In this document: positions 17,901 through 25,189 of the stretch, piece after piece
How positions within the stretch are numbered: position 1 is the first letter of the stretch
Layout: the number at the start of each line of letters is the position of its first letter
DNA from: Trichodesmium erythraeum IMS101
GTDB lineage: Bacteria > Cyanobacteriota > Cyanobacteriia > Cyanobacteriales > Microcoleaceae
Direction of reading: 5' to 3'
Length of the DNA stretch: 32,000 nt
Assembly: GCF_000014265.1 (NCBI RefSeq)
Contig: NC_008312.1
Location: forward strand, 2,790,001-2,822,000
Position numbers and translations under genes: made by a program
Notes under the pieces: generated by a model
The model's database searches: none
What the model saw: the letters and a program-made list of their open reading frames with translations, nothing else
What the model was told of the DNA's origin: nothing

Positions 17901-20900
17901 GTGATAGTAGCTTGTACGACTACAGCGATAGCAACTTCACTATTGAACCAGAAGAGTTCATCACGCTCACAGCTCCCAACGGAGGTAACAGTCTAGAACC
18001 AGGGAGAAGCTACTACATCGACTGGGAGGATAATATAAGCGAGAATGTGAAACTAGAACTGTACAAAGGAGGTTCTTTCTACAGTACTATTAATAGCTCT
18101 ACCTCCAGTGATGGTCGTTACAATATCTGGACAGTACCCACATCCATAACCAGTGGCAGCGACTACAAGATTAAAATCAGTAGCGTTAGTGATAGTGGCT
18201 TGTACGACTACAGCGATAGCAACTTCACTATTGAACCAGAAGAGTTCATCACGCTCACAGCTCCCAACGGAGGTAACAGTCTAGAACCAGGGAGAAGCTA
18301 CTACATCGACTGGGAGGATAATATAAGCGAGAATGTGAAACTAGAACTGTACAAAGGAGGTTCTTTCTACAGTACTATTAATAGCTCTACCTCCAGTGAT
18401 GGTCGTTACAATATCTGGACAGTACCCACATCCATAACCAGTGGCAGCGACTACAAGATTAAAATCAGTAGCGTTAGTGATAGTGGCTTGTACGACTACA
18501 GCGATAGCAACTTCACTATTGAACCAGAAGAGTTCATCACGCTCACAGCTCCCAACGGAGGTAACAGTCTAGAACCAGGGAGAAGCTACTACATCGACTG
18601 GGAGGATAATATAAGCGAGAATGTGAAACTAGAACTGTACAAAGGAGGTTCTTTCTACAGTACTATTAATAGCTCTACCTCCAGTGATGGTCGTTACAAT
18701 ATCTGGACAGTACCCACATCCATAACCAGTGGCAGCGACTACAAGATTAAAATCAGTAGCGTTAGTGATAGTGGCTTGTACGACTACAGCGATAGCAACT
18801 TCACTATTGAACCAGAAGAGTTCATCACGCTCACATCTCCCAACGGAGGTAACAGTCTAGAACCAGGGAGAAGCTACTACATCGACTGGGAGGATAATAT
18901 AAGCGAGAATGTGAAACTAGAACTGTACAAAGGAGGTTCTTTCTACAGTACTATTAATAGCTCTACCTCCAGTGATGGTCGTTACAATATCTGGACAGTA
19001 CCCACATCCATAACCAGTGGCAGCGACTACAAGATTAAAATCAGTAGCGTTAGTGATAGTGGCTTGTACGACTACAGCGATAGCAACTTCACTATTGAAC
19101 CAGAAGAGTTCATCACGCTCACAGCTCCCAACGGAGGTAACAGTCTAGAACCAGGGAGAAGCTACTACATCGACTGGGAGGATAATATAAGCGAGAATGT
19201 GAAACTAGAACTGTACAAAGGAGGTTCTTTCTACAGTACTATTAATAGCTCTACCTCCAGTGATGGTCGTTACAATATCTGGACAGTACCCACATCCATA
19301 ACCAGTGGCAGCGACTACAAGATTAAAATCAGTAGCGTTAGTGATAGTGGCTTGTACGACTACAGCGATAGCAACTTCACTATTGAACCAGAAGAGTTCA
19401 TCACGCTCACAGCTCCCAACGGAGGTAACAGTCTAGAACCAGGGAGAAGCTACTACATCGACTGGGAGGATAATATAAGCGAGAATGTGAAACTAGAACT
19501 GTACAAAGGAGGTTCTTTCTACAGTACTATTAATAGCTCTACCTCCAGTGATGGTCGTTACAATATCTGGACAGTACCCACATCCATAACCAGTGGCAGC
19601 GACTACAAGATTAAAATCAGTAGCGTTAGTGATAGTGGCTTGTACGACTACAGCGATAGCAACTTCACTATTGAACCAGAAGAGTTCATCACGCTCACAG
19701 CTCCCAACGGAGGTAACAGTCTAGAACCAGGGAGAAGCTACTACATCGACTGGGAGGATAATATAAGCGAGAATGTGAAACTAGAACTGTACAAAGGAGG
19801 TTCTTTCTACAGTACTATTAATAGCTCTACCTCCAGTGATGGTCGTTACAATATCTGGACAGTACCCACATCCATAACCAGTGGCAGCGACTACAAGATT
19901 AAAATCAGTAGCGTTAGTGATAGTGGCTTGTACGACTACAGCGATAGCAACTTCACTATTGAACCAGAGGAGTTCATCACGGTCACAGCTCCCAACGGAG
20001 GTAACAGTCTAGAACCAGGAATAAGCTACTACCTTGACTGGGAGGATAATATAGGCGAGAATGTCAAAATAGAACTGTACAAAGGAGGTTCTTTCTACAG
20101 TACCATTGACAGCTCTACCTCCAGTGATGGTCGTCACATCTGGGGAGTACCCACATCCATAACCAGTGGCAGCGACTACAAGATTAAAATCAGTAGCGTT
20201 AGTGATAGTGGCTTGTACGACTACAGCGATAGCAACTTCACTATTGAACCAGAGGAGTTCATCACGGTCACAGCTCCCAACGGAGGTAACAGTCTAGAAC
20301 CAGGAATAAGCTACTACCTTGACTGGGAGGATAATATAGGCGAGAATGTCAAAATAGAACTGTACAAAGGAGGTTCTTTCTACAGTACCATTGACAGCTC
20401 TACCTCCAGTGATGGTCGTCACATCTGGGGAGTACCCACATCCATAACCAGTGGCAGCGACTACAAGATTAAAATCAGTAGCGTTAGTGATAGTGGCTTG
20501 TACGACTACAGCGATAGCAACTTCACTATTGAACCAGAGGAGTTCATCACGGTCACAGCTCCCAACGGAGGTAACAGTCTAGAACCAGGAATAAGCTACT
20601 ACCTTGACTGGGAGGATAATATAGGCGAGAATGTGAAACTAGAACTGTACAAAGGAGGTTCTTTCTACAGTACCATTAACAGTTCTACCTCCAGTGATGG
20701 TCGTTACACCTGGCTAGTACCCACATCCATAACCAGTGGCAGCGACTACAAGATTAAAATCACTAGTGTTAGTGATAGTGGCTTGTACGACTACAGCGAT
20801 AGCAACTTCACTATTGAAGCAGATGATTCAAACTCTGATAAATACTACTTTACCTACTTTTATGATCTAGGCGACTCCTATGATGGTTTCTTGTACGAAA

Positions 20901-21175
20901 AAGCAGGAAGATATTCTTTAGATGATTCATTATACAGCAGTAATGGTCGCTACCAGATATGGGATATTGAGAGTGGCGTGGGTAGTAAAAATGATATTGG
21001 CGATGTTTACGTTTATAGCTACTACGATGAGAATTATACTGGTGAAACTTACGAACCATCCTGGTGGACTTGGGGACTTACGGCAGGTGAAAATGGCTTA
21101 GGTAGTGAGTCTGACACAATATCGGGTTTCTATGGTGAAGAATATTTTGACCCCTATAATGAAGCTGACGGTTAA
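14987..21175 (+). CDS. Giant modular secreted/surface-type zinc metalloprotease: acidic N-term, 2x PPC domain, reprolysin-like metzincin domain, 14 tandem Ig-like repeats, Tyr/Asp-rich tail
   Basis: 2062-codon ORF uninterrupted in stop-rich AT DNA. The start is GTG at 14987, with AGGGAA 8-13 nt upstream, an in-frame TAA at 14936 and no ATG in between. Zinc site HEIGHNLGLAHD lies at 16532-16567 and the Met-turn GTIMSY at 16643. Both PPC copies carry the hallmarks D.YKFKV...GNADLYLLN...GTYYVRV. See the sub-features below. Confidence 0.85.
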   Translation: MDPISEELNNFRQGFTFTGTGEVLAEVDKFGDELRFSSGLELSPASEELKIENIDTSNADENFLLPKSNLGNLDLNIEDSEDRTLKTETDPLIGQDNDPVQEVDSLISGTSDRVNNIQTRAAKKRDKAGNSRGKAHNLGVLEDDQKLQEFVGKSDRKDFYKFKVKNKTDIDIELGGLSGNADLYLLNNRGKVIEKSNKGGKRAEDIERTLNPGTYYVRVQSKGRANANYNLSLDSELSDLAGNSLKRAHNLGVLKDDQKFQEFVGKSDRKDIYKFKVKDKTDVDIELGGLSGNADLYLLNNRGKVIEKSTKGGKRVEDVDRTLNPGTYYVRVQSRNKRVNADYSLSLDTKSPHLHIHEPIIINAIDTAADQPGTLDDSSTIDLMVVYTSEARRAEGGIDAIKDLIEFAVDDANEAFAKSGVQSQLRLVHTAEVNYTESGKSIKELERLKNDSDGYMDEVHELRNDYGADIVSLFVSSLDDAGGIAYPMGTPAYQFESHAFNVVTNYNAKTRHTLAHEIGHNLGLAHDRDNAEGQGSFPYGYGYTTPSGAGTIMSYARNRLPYFSNPAISYNGEALGQTNRENSALAINKVAQYAANWRPSGGTIKSQDSITLNSPNGGNTLEQGSNYTITWNDNISENIKLELYKGGSFYSTINSSTTSDGSYSWSIPTSITSGSDYKLKISSVSDSSLYDYSDSNFTIEPEEFITLTAPNGGNSLEPGRSYYIDWEDNISENVKLELYKGGSFYSTINSSTSSDGRYNIWTVPTSITSGSDYKIKISSVSDSGLYDYSDSNFTIEPEEFITVTAPNGGNSLEPGISYYLDWEDNIGENVKIELYKGGSFYSTIDSSTSSDGRHIWGVPTSITSGSDYKIKITSVSDSGLYDYSDSNFTIEPEEFITLTSPNGGNSLEPGRSYYIDWEDNISENVKLELYKGGSFYSTINSSTSSDGRYNIWTVPTSISSGSDYKIKISSVSDSSLYDYSDSNFTIEPEEFITLTAPNGGNSLEPGRSYYIDWEDNISENVKLELYKGGSFYSTINSSTSSDGRYNIWTVPTSITSGSDYKIKISSVSDSGLYDYSDSNFTIEPEEFITLTAPNGGNSLEPGRSYYIDWEDNISENVKLELYKGGSFYSTINSSTSSDGRYNIWTVPTSITSGSDYKIKISSVSDSGLYDYSDSNFTIEPEEFITLTAPNGGNSLEPGRSYYIDWEDNISENVKLELYKGGSFYSTINSSTSSDGRYNIWTVPTSITSGSDYKIKISSVSDSGLYDYSDSNFTIEPEEFITLTSPNGGNSLEPGRSYYIDWEDNISENVKLELYKGGSFYSTINSSTSSDGRYNIWTVPTSITSGSDYKIKISSVSDSGLYDYSDSNFTIEPEEFITLTAPNGGNSLEPGRSYYIDWEDNISENVKLELYKGGSFYSTINSSTSSDGRYNIWTVPTSITSGSDYKIKISSVSDSGLYDYSDSNFTIEPEEFITLTAPNGGNSLEPGRSYYIDWEDNISENVKLELYKGGSFYSTINSSTSSDGRYNIWTVPTSITSGSDYKIKISSVSDSGLYDYSDSNFTIEPEEFITLTAPNGGNSLEPGRSYYIDWEDNISENVKLELYKGGSFYSTINSSTSSDGRYNIWTVPTSITSGSDYKIKISSVSDSGLYDYSDSNFTIEPEEFITVTAPNGGNSLEPGISYYLDWEDNIGENVKIELYKGGSFYSTIDSSTSSDGRHIWGVPTSITSGSDYKIKISSVSDSGLYDYSDSNFTIEPEEFITVTAPNGGNSLEPGISYYLDWEDNIGENVKIELYKGGSFYSTIDSSTSSDGRHIWGVPTSITSGSDYKIKISSVSDSGLYDYSDSNFTIEPEEFITVTAPNGGNSLEPGISYYLDWEDNIGENVKLELYKGGSFYSTINSSTSSDGRYTWLVPTSITSGSDYKIKITSVSDSGLYDYSDSNFTIEADDSNSDKYYFTYFYDLGDSYDGFLYEKAGRYSLDDSLYSSNGRYQIWDIESGVGSKNDIGDVYVYSYYDENYTGETYEPSWWTWGLTAGENGLGSESDTISGFYGEEYFDPYNEADG
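15371..16040 (+). repeat. Tandem duplication (339 nt / 113 aa) encoding two PPC (bacterial pre-peptidase C-terminal-type) domains
   Basis: Copy 1 starts at 15371: GNSRGKAHNLGVLEDDQKLQEFVGKSDRKDFYKFKVKNKTDIDIELGGLSGNADLYLLNNRGKVIEKSNKGGKRAEDIERTLNPGTYYVRVQS. Copy 2 starts at 15710: GNSLKRAHNLGVLKDDQKFQEFVGKSDRKDIYKFKVKDKTDVDIELGGLSGNADLYLLNNRGKVIEKSTKGGKRVEDVDRTLNPGTYYVRVQS. Confidence 0.8.
16125..16785 (+). other. Metzincin catalytic domain (reprolysin/M12B-like) of the giant ORF
   Basis: IDLMVVYTSEARR...HTLAHEIGHNLGLAHDRDNAEG...GAGTIMSYARN. This gives HExxHxxGxxHD plus a downstream Met-turn, the metzincin signature. The subfamily assignment is from motif memory only. Confidence 0.75.
16814..20818 (+). 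repeat. 14 in-frame tandem repeats of 285/288 nt (95/96 aa), Ig-like Kre9/KNH (Ser-Thr-rich GPI-anchored family)-type domains
   Basis: Unit boundaries, taken at the gaaccaga(a/g)gagttc motif, fall at 17084, 17372, 17657, 17945, 18233, 18521, 18809, 19097, 19385, 19673, 19961, 20246, 20531 and 20816. The type A unit (96 aa) is ITLTAPNGGNSLEPGRSYYIDWEDNISENVKLELYKGGSFYSTINSSTSSDGRYNIWTVPTSITSGSDYKIKISSVSDSGLYDYSDSNFTIEPEEF. The type B unit (95 aa) carries V, I, L, G, I, D substitutions and RHIWGV. Confidence 0.9.
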
Positions 21176-21276
21176 ATTTAGAGATTAATTTGTCTTGTGC
21201 TCAATTCAGAGTAACATTATTCGGCGTTGTTGATGGGCGACTATGATTTTTTTAGCAGGGGTCATAGCCTAATAAA

Positions 21277-21320
21277 GCGATCGCTCCTGCCAAAACCAAT
21301 CATGTTGAAGGAGCGATCGC
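21277..21320. terminator. HIP1-based hairpin between convergent genes (candidate bidirectional terminator)
   Basis: gcgatcgctcct (21277-21288) and aggagcgatcgc (21309-21320) are perfect reverse complements, 12 bp and GC-rich, with a 20-nt loop. The hairpin lies 100 nt past the giant ORF stop and 180 nt past the stop of the minus-strand protease gene. The flanking U-tracts are weak. Confidence 0.45.
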
Positions 21321-21498
21321 CTTTATCCTTTAAGTGCTATATTTGAAGCATACAGGCTACACTGAAAGTATAAAATATAGGTTCTAGTAAGCTTAAAAAG
21401 CTTATTTTTGTTATAAACTATGAATAATTTATTGTTCTTAAAACCAGGAAATTTAGTTGCTCAACTCGGTTTCTGTGTAAGTTATGACTATATTTTTT

Positions 21499-22203
21499 TT
21501 AGCCTAGTCTAGTACTTTGCAAATATATCCGCTTCAGAGTATTAATATCCCTAGATGAAATAGGAGGAGGTTCTGCCACCTGAGAATAATACATAACATC
21601 AGTTTTCTCAGGACTATGACCCCAAATACCCAAAGCATGACCAAACTCATGACGAGCAGCAGCAGGCAGATATTTACCTACTTGCATAGGACTCAACCAA
21701 ATCACAAAATTATGAGATAAAATACCATTCTCATCTTCAGATAACTGATAGCGAGCTTCTGCCGAACGCGCTCTTAAATTTCCTGCTCTCAGAGGAGGTC
21801 GCTTGTTAAAAATTTTAATATCAGCAACTTCTGGGCTATCTACCACTTGCAAAGGTAAATAAATATTCCATTCCCAAATAGCATCTACTACAGTCTTAAC
21901 CCATTGACGAGAGCGAGACTCATCATTATCAGAAGATTCGACATAAACCTTGATCGGAAATTGCGACCAAATTAGATAACCTACATCCTGAACTTCAATT
22001 TGATCAAAATAATCACCACTACCACTAGGGTCTTGCCATTGTGCCAAAGTTTCTGGTAGAGGATAAACTTTCAGAGAAGGTAAATTTTGAGGAGTAACTG
22101 CTGTAGTCGGAATTGAAAACAAAAAATAGAAAGCTACCATCCAAATAGCAAAACCGAAAAAAAAGAACCGTAAATAAACCGATGCTATCTTGTTAGTAAA
22201 CAT
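21499..22203 (-). CDS. Small membrane-anchored zinc metalloprotease, matrixin-like metzincin
   Basis: 234 aa. N-terminal hydrophobic anchor: VYLRFFFFGFAIWMVAFYFLFSIP. Catalytic motif: AARHEFGHALGIWGHSPEKTDVMYY (HExxHxxG...H plus a Met-containing turn). Confidence 0.75.
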   Translation of the reverse strand: MFTNKIASVYLRFFFFGFAIWMVAFYFLFSIPTTAVTPQNLPSLKVYPLPETLAQWQDPSGSGDYFDQIEVQDVGYLIWSQFPIKVYVESSDNDESRSRQWVKTVVDAIWEWNIYLPLQVVDSPEVADIKIFNKRPPLRAGNLRARSAEARYQLSEDENGILSHNFVIWLSPMQVGKYLPAAARHEFGHALGIWGHSPEKTDVMYYSQVAEPPPISSRDINTLKRIYLQSTRLG

Positions 22204-22423
22204 TATACCAAGCTTGAGAAGTGTTTGTTAAAGAACTACTCAGAAGTCAGCACTTAGCCATCAACTGTTTTGAACAAAATACGTCTACGCCAGTACCGGG
22301 TTTCTGGGTTCCTCTGTGTAAGTCCTGAAAATATTACATTCCTCTTCAAGTCTAAGAGCTTCAAGAGGGATACCGAGATATTTGGGAAGTCTATTAGCCA
22401 GCGTCAGCTTAACGCCACTTTTA

Positions 22424-22463
22424 AAGGTTGGCAGTATTAATTAAAAATTCAACTACCAACCTT
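22424..22463 (-). terminator. Hairpin about 40 nt downstream of the glgB stop
   Basis: aaggttggcagt (22424-22435) pairs with actaccaacctt (22452-22463). This gives 11 Watson-Crick pairs plus one G-U in the minus-strand RNA, with a 16-nt loop. There is no strong U-run. Confidence 0.35.
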
Positions 22464-22501
22464 CTCAATTTTACCCGAGTTTTTATTGAGCGAGTTGATC
22501 C

Positions 22502-24841
22502 TTAAGATGCATTTTTAGCTTTAGCTTCCACAGTTTCAACATCTTCAGATTCTTGAATCATTGCTATCGTTTTCTTCTTGTCTAACTGAAACACTACAAC
22601 ACCTAAAGGAGGCAAACATAAATCTAAAGACTGTTGATAATCATGGAAAAACCAATCATCAGTCCACTTACCACCCAAATTACCCATATTGCTGCCACCA
22701 TAGTTACCAGCATCGCTATTAAATATTTCAGTATAAAACCCTGGTTCAGGTACACCGACGCGATAATGACTATGAGGTTGAGGAGTAAAATTACAAACCG
22801 TTACCACAAAATCCTTCCCATCTTTAGCGCGACGAATAAACGACACCACACTATGATTATTATCATTGCAATCTATCCATTCAAATCCTCCCTCATTACA
22901 ATCTTGTTCATACAAAGCAGGTTCAGAACAATAGAGATGATTCAGATCCCGGAAAAATCGTTTCATTCCTTGATGAGCATCAAATTCGAGCAAATGCCAT
23001 TCTAAATCACCCCAAACATCCCATTCACCCCACTGAGGAAGCTCCATCCCCATAAACATAGTCTTCTTACCAGGATGAGTAAACATATAAGCAAACAAGG
23101 CCCGGACATTAGCAAATTTCTGCCAATTATCTCCAGGCATCTTACCCAAAATACTGCTCTTGCAATGTACCACTTCATCGTGAGACAGAGCCAACATATA
23201 GTTCTCAGTATGGTGATACCAAATACTGAAAGTAACATTGTTTTGGTGGAACTGTCGGAACCAAGGGTCCATCTCAAAATAGTCCAGCATATCGTGCATC
23301 CAACCCATGTTCCACTTAAAGTTGAAACCCAAACCACCAACATAAGTAGGCCAAGTCACCATAGGCCAAGAAGTAGATTCCTCTGCAATAGAGAGAACAC
23401 CAGGATAGTAACTAAAAAGCAAATGATTAACTTGACGGAGGAAATCAGCAGCTTCAATATATTCTACACCTCCGTATTTGTTAGCAACCCATTCACCATC
23501 AGGTCTCATATAGTTGTGGTAGACCATAGAAGCAACAGCATCTACTCTGACACCATCAATATGATATTTGTCAAACCAGAAAAGTGCATTTGCCGCTAGA
23601 AAGTTACGAACTTCATTACGACCATAGTCAAATACTAAAGTACCCCATTGCTTGTGTTCACCTTTGCGGGGATCTGGATGTTCATAGAGGTGAGTGCCGT
23701 CAAAGAAAGCCAAACCATGTCCATCTTTAGGAAAATGTCCGGGTACCCAGTCTACAATTACCCCAATACCATTTTCATGACATTTATCCACGAAATACAT
23801 AAAGTCTTGGGCACTACCATAGCGAGAGGTAGGGGCAAAAAATCCTGTAACCTGATAACCCCAGGAACCATCAAAAGGATGTTCTGCTACAGGTAACATT
23901 TCAATGTGGGTATAGCCCAAATCTTTAACGTAAGAAACTAGACGATCTGCTAATTCGCGGTAGGTAAGAAAACGGGCATCTGGCCTGAGTTCCGAGACTT
24001 GAACTACAGGCTCAGTTTCCCCATTAGGTAGTTTAGCTGGTTCATGAGCAGAAGCATGAATCCAAGAACCAAAATGGCATTCATAGACGGAAATAGGTTG
24101 AGTGAGTGGGTCAGTATGGCGACGTTTCTCCATCCATTCTTGGTCATTCCAAGTATAAGAGTCTAAGTCAACAACAATGGAAGCAGTTTTGGGTCTTACT
24201 TCTTGTTGATATCCATAGGGGTCGCTTTTTTCATAGATGTGTCCTTCCCAGTTTTTAACCTCATACTTATAGCTTTCTCCAGGGCCAATATCGGGAATAA
24301 ATAATTCCCAAACTCCTGTATGTCCTTTGCGCATTTGGTGTTTACGACCATCCCAATAGTTGAAGTTCCCTAAAATTGAAACATTACGAGCATTGGGTGC
24401 CCAAACAGCAAAGTAGACTCCTTTAATTCCATCAACTTCGGTAATATGCGCTCCTAGTTTTTCGTAGATGCGGTGATGGTTTCCTTCTCCAAATAGTTGA
24501 AGGTCGAATTCTGTGAGTTTTGCAGAGCGAAAAGCGTAGGGGTCATGGATAACTCGTTCGTGTTCTCCTTCTTTGATTTTAAGTTGATAGTTGGCCAGTT
24601 TTGGGGTGTTGATGACACATTCAAAAAAATGAGGGTTATGGACTGACTGCATTGGGTACTCTTTGCGGTCTATCGGAGAAATGACAGAGACAGCTTCAGC
24701 ACTTGGTTGGTATGCTCGGATCACTGTCATAGTTTTGCCACTGAGTTCTATCTGGTGAGAACCCAATACTTGAAAGGGGTCGTGATGGTGATTCCAAGCT
24801 ATTTGGTTAACTTGATCAGCAGATATTGTCATTTTTGTCAA
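22502..24841 (-). CDS. glgB: 1,4-alpha-glucan (glycogen) branching enzyme
   Basis: 779 aa. Has the N-terminal CBM48-type region and GH13 motifs: GYTHIEMLPVAEHP, GIGVIVDWVPGHF, DGVRVDAVASMVY, SIAEESTSWP and ALSHDEVVH. Confidence 0.95.
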   Translation of the reverse strand: MTKMTISADQVNQIAWNHHHDPFQVLGSHQIELSGKTMTVIRAYQPSAEAVSVISPIDRKEYPMQSVHNPHFFECVINTPKLANYQLKIKEGEHERVIHDPYAFRSAKLTEFDLQLFGEGNHHRIYEKLGAHITEVDGIKGVYFAVWAPNARNVSILGNFNYWDGRKHQMRKGHTGVWELFIPDIGPGESYKYEVKNWEGHIYEKSDPYGYQQEVRPKTASIVVDLDSYTWNDQEWMEKRRHTDPLTQPISVYECHFGSWIHASAHEPAKLPNGETEPVVQVSELRPDARFLTYRELADRLVSYVKDLGYTHIEMLPVAEHPFDGSWGYQVTGFFAPTSRYGSAQDFMYFVDKCHENGIGVIVDWVPGHFPKDGHGLAFFDGTHLYEHPDPRKGEHKQWGTLVFDYGRNEVRNFLAANALFWFDKYHIDGVRVDAVASMVYHNYMRPDGEWVANKYGGVEYIEAADFLRQVNHLLFSYYPGVLSIAEESTSWPMVTWPTYVGGLGFNFKWNMGWMHDMLDYFEMDPWFRQFHQNNVTFSIWYHHTENYMLALSHDEVVHCKSSILGKMPGDNWQKFANVRALFAYMFTHPGKKTMFMGMELPQWGEWDVWGDLEWHLLEFDAHQGMKRFFRDLNHLYCSEPALYEQDCNEGGFEWIDCNDNNHSVVSFIRRAKDGKDFVVTVCNFTPQPHSHYRVGVPEPGFYTEIFNSDAGNYGGSNMGNLGGKWTDDWFFHDYQQSLDLCLPPLGVVVFQLDKKKTIAMIQESEDVETVEAKAKNAS

Positions 24842-24905
24842 TATATATATTTGTTAACAATTAATTAAGAATGCTACCATAATTGGAAAGATATACTATT
24901 ATATT

Positions 24906-24924
24906 ATGTCAACTAGGTTGACAT
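24906..24924. promoter_or_regulatory. 19-bp perfect palindrome 65 bp upstream of the glgB start
   Basis: atgtcaac tag gttgacat has 8-bp perfect arms and a 3-nt centre. The related gttgac(g/a)tcc motif recurs at about 25195 and 25255, inside the tnpB-remnant 3' region. Confidence 0.35.
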
Positions 24925-25189
24925 CCTCCCCAACTGCACTCCTATGAAATAAGCTATTTCTTAATCCATTTTTTTTAGTAGTTTGGACGCATAAATTTTT
25001 TGACTATGTACGGACGCTCTTATGCAAAGTCCCTACCGTAGCAAAAGTTTTAATCCTATTACTTATAATACCTACTAAATTATCAGTTACAGATAAGCTT
25101 TCTTGATTGATTTCTACTACAAGACTCTGAAAATAGCTATTAGTAAATACCTATTCGCAAAATTTTTGGTTACTTTTGCTGATGATGGA

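Noticed and set aside
16814-20818. Could the regular 285/288-bp repeats be a CRISPR-like array or a diversity-generating retroelement target (VR/TR)?
   Set aside because: The units are contiguous with no spacers, and they sit in frame inside one long ORF. Differences between type A and type B units involve all four bases (c>g, a>g, g>c, plus an indel) rather than adenine-specific changes. No intact reverse transcriptase lies nearby, since both group II RT remnants are dead and distant.
22634-23896. ORF-track entries inside glgB (22634-23005+, 23002-23343-, 23075-23599+, 23648-23896+)
   Set aside because: All overlap the well-supported 779-aa glgB frame. Their products are low-complexity or hydrophobic-biased with no recognisable motifs, typical of shadow ORFs.
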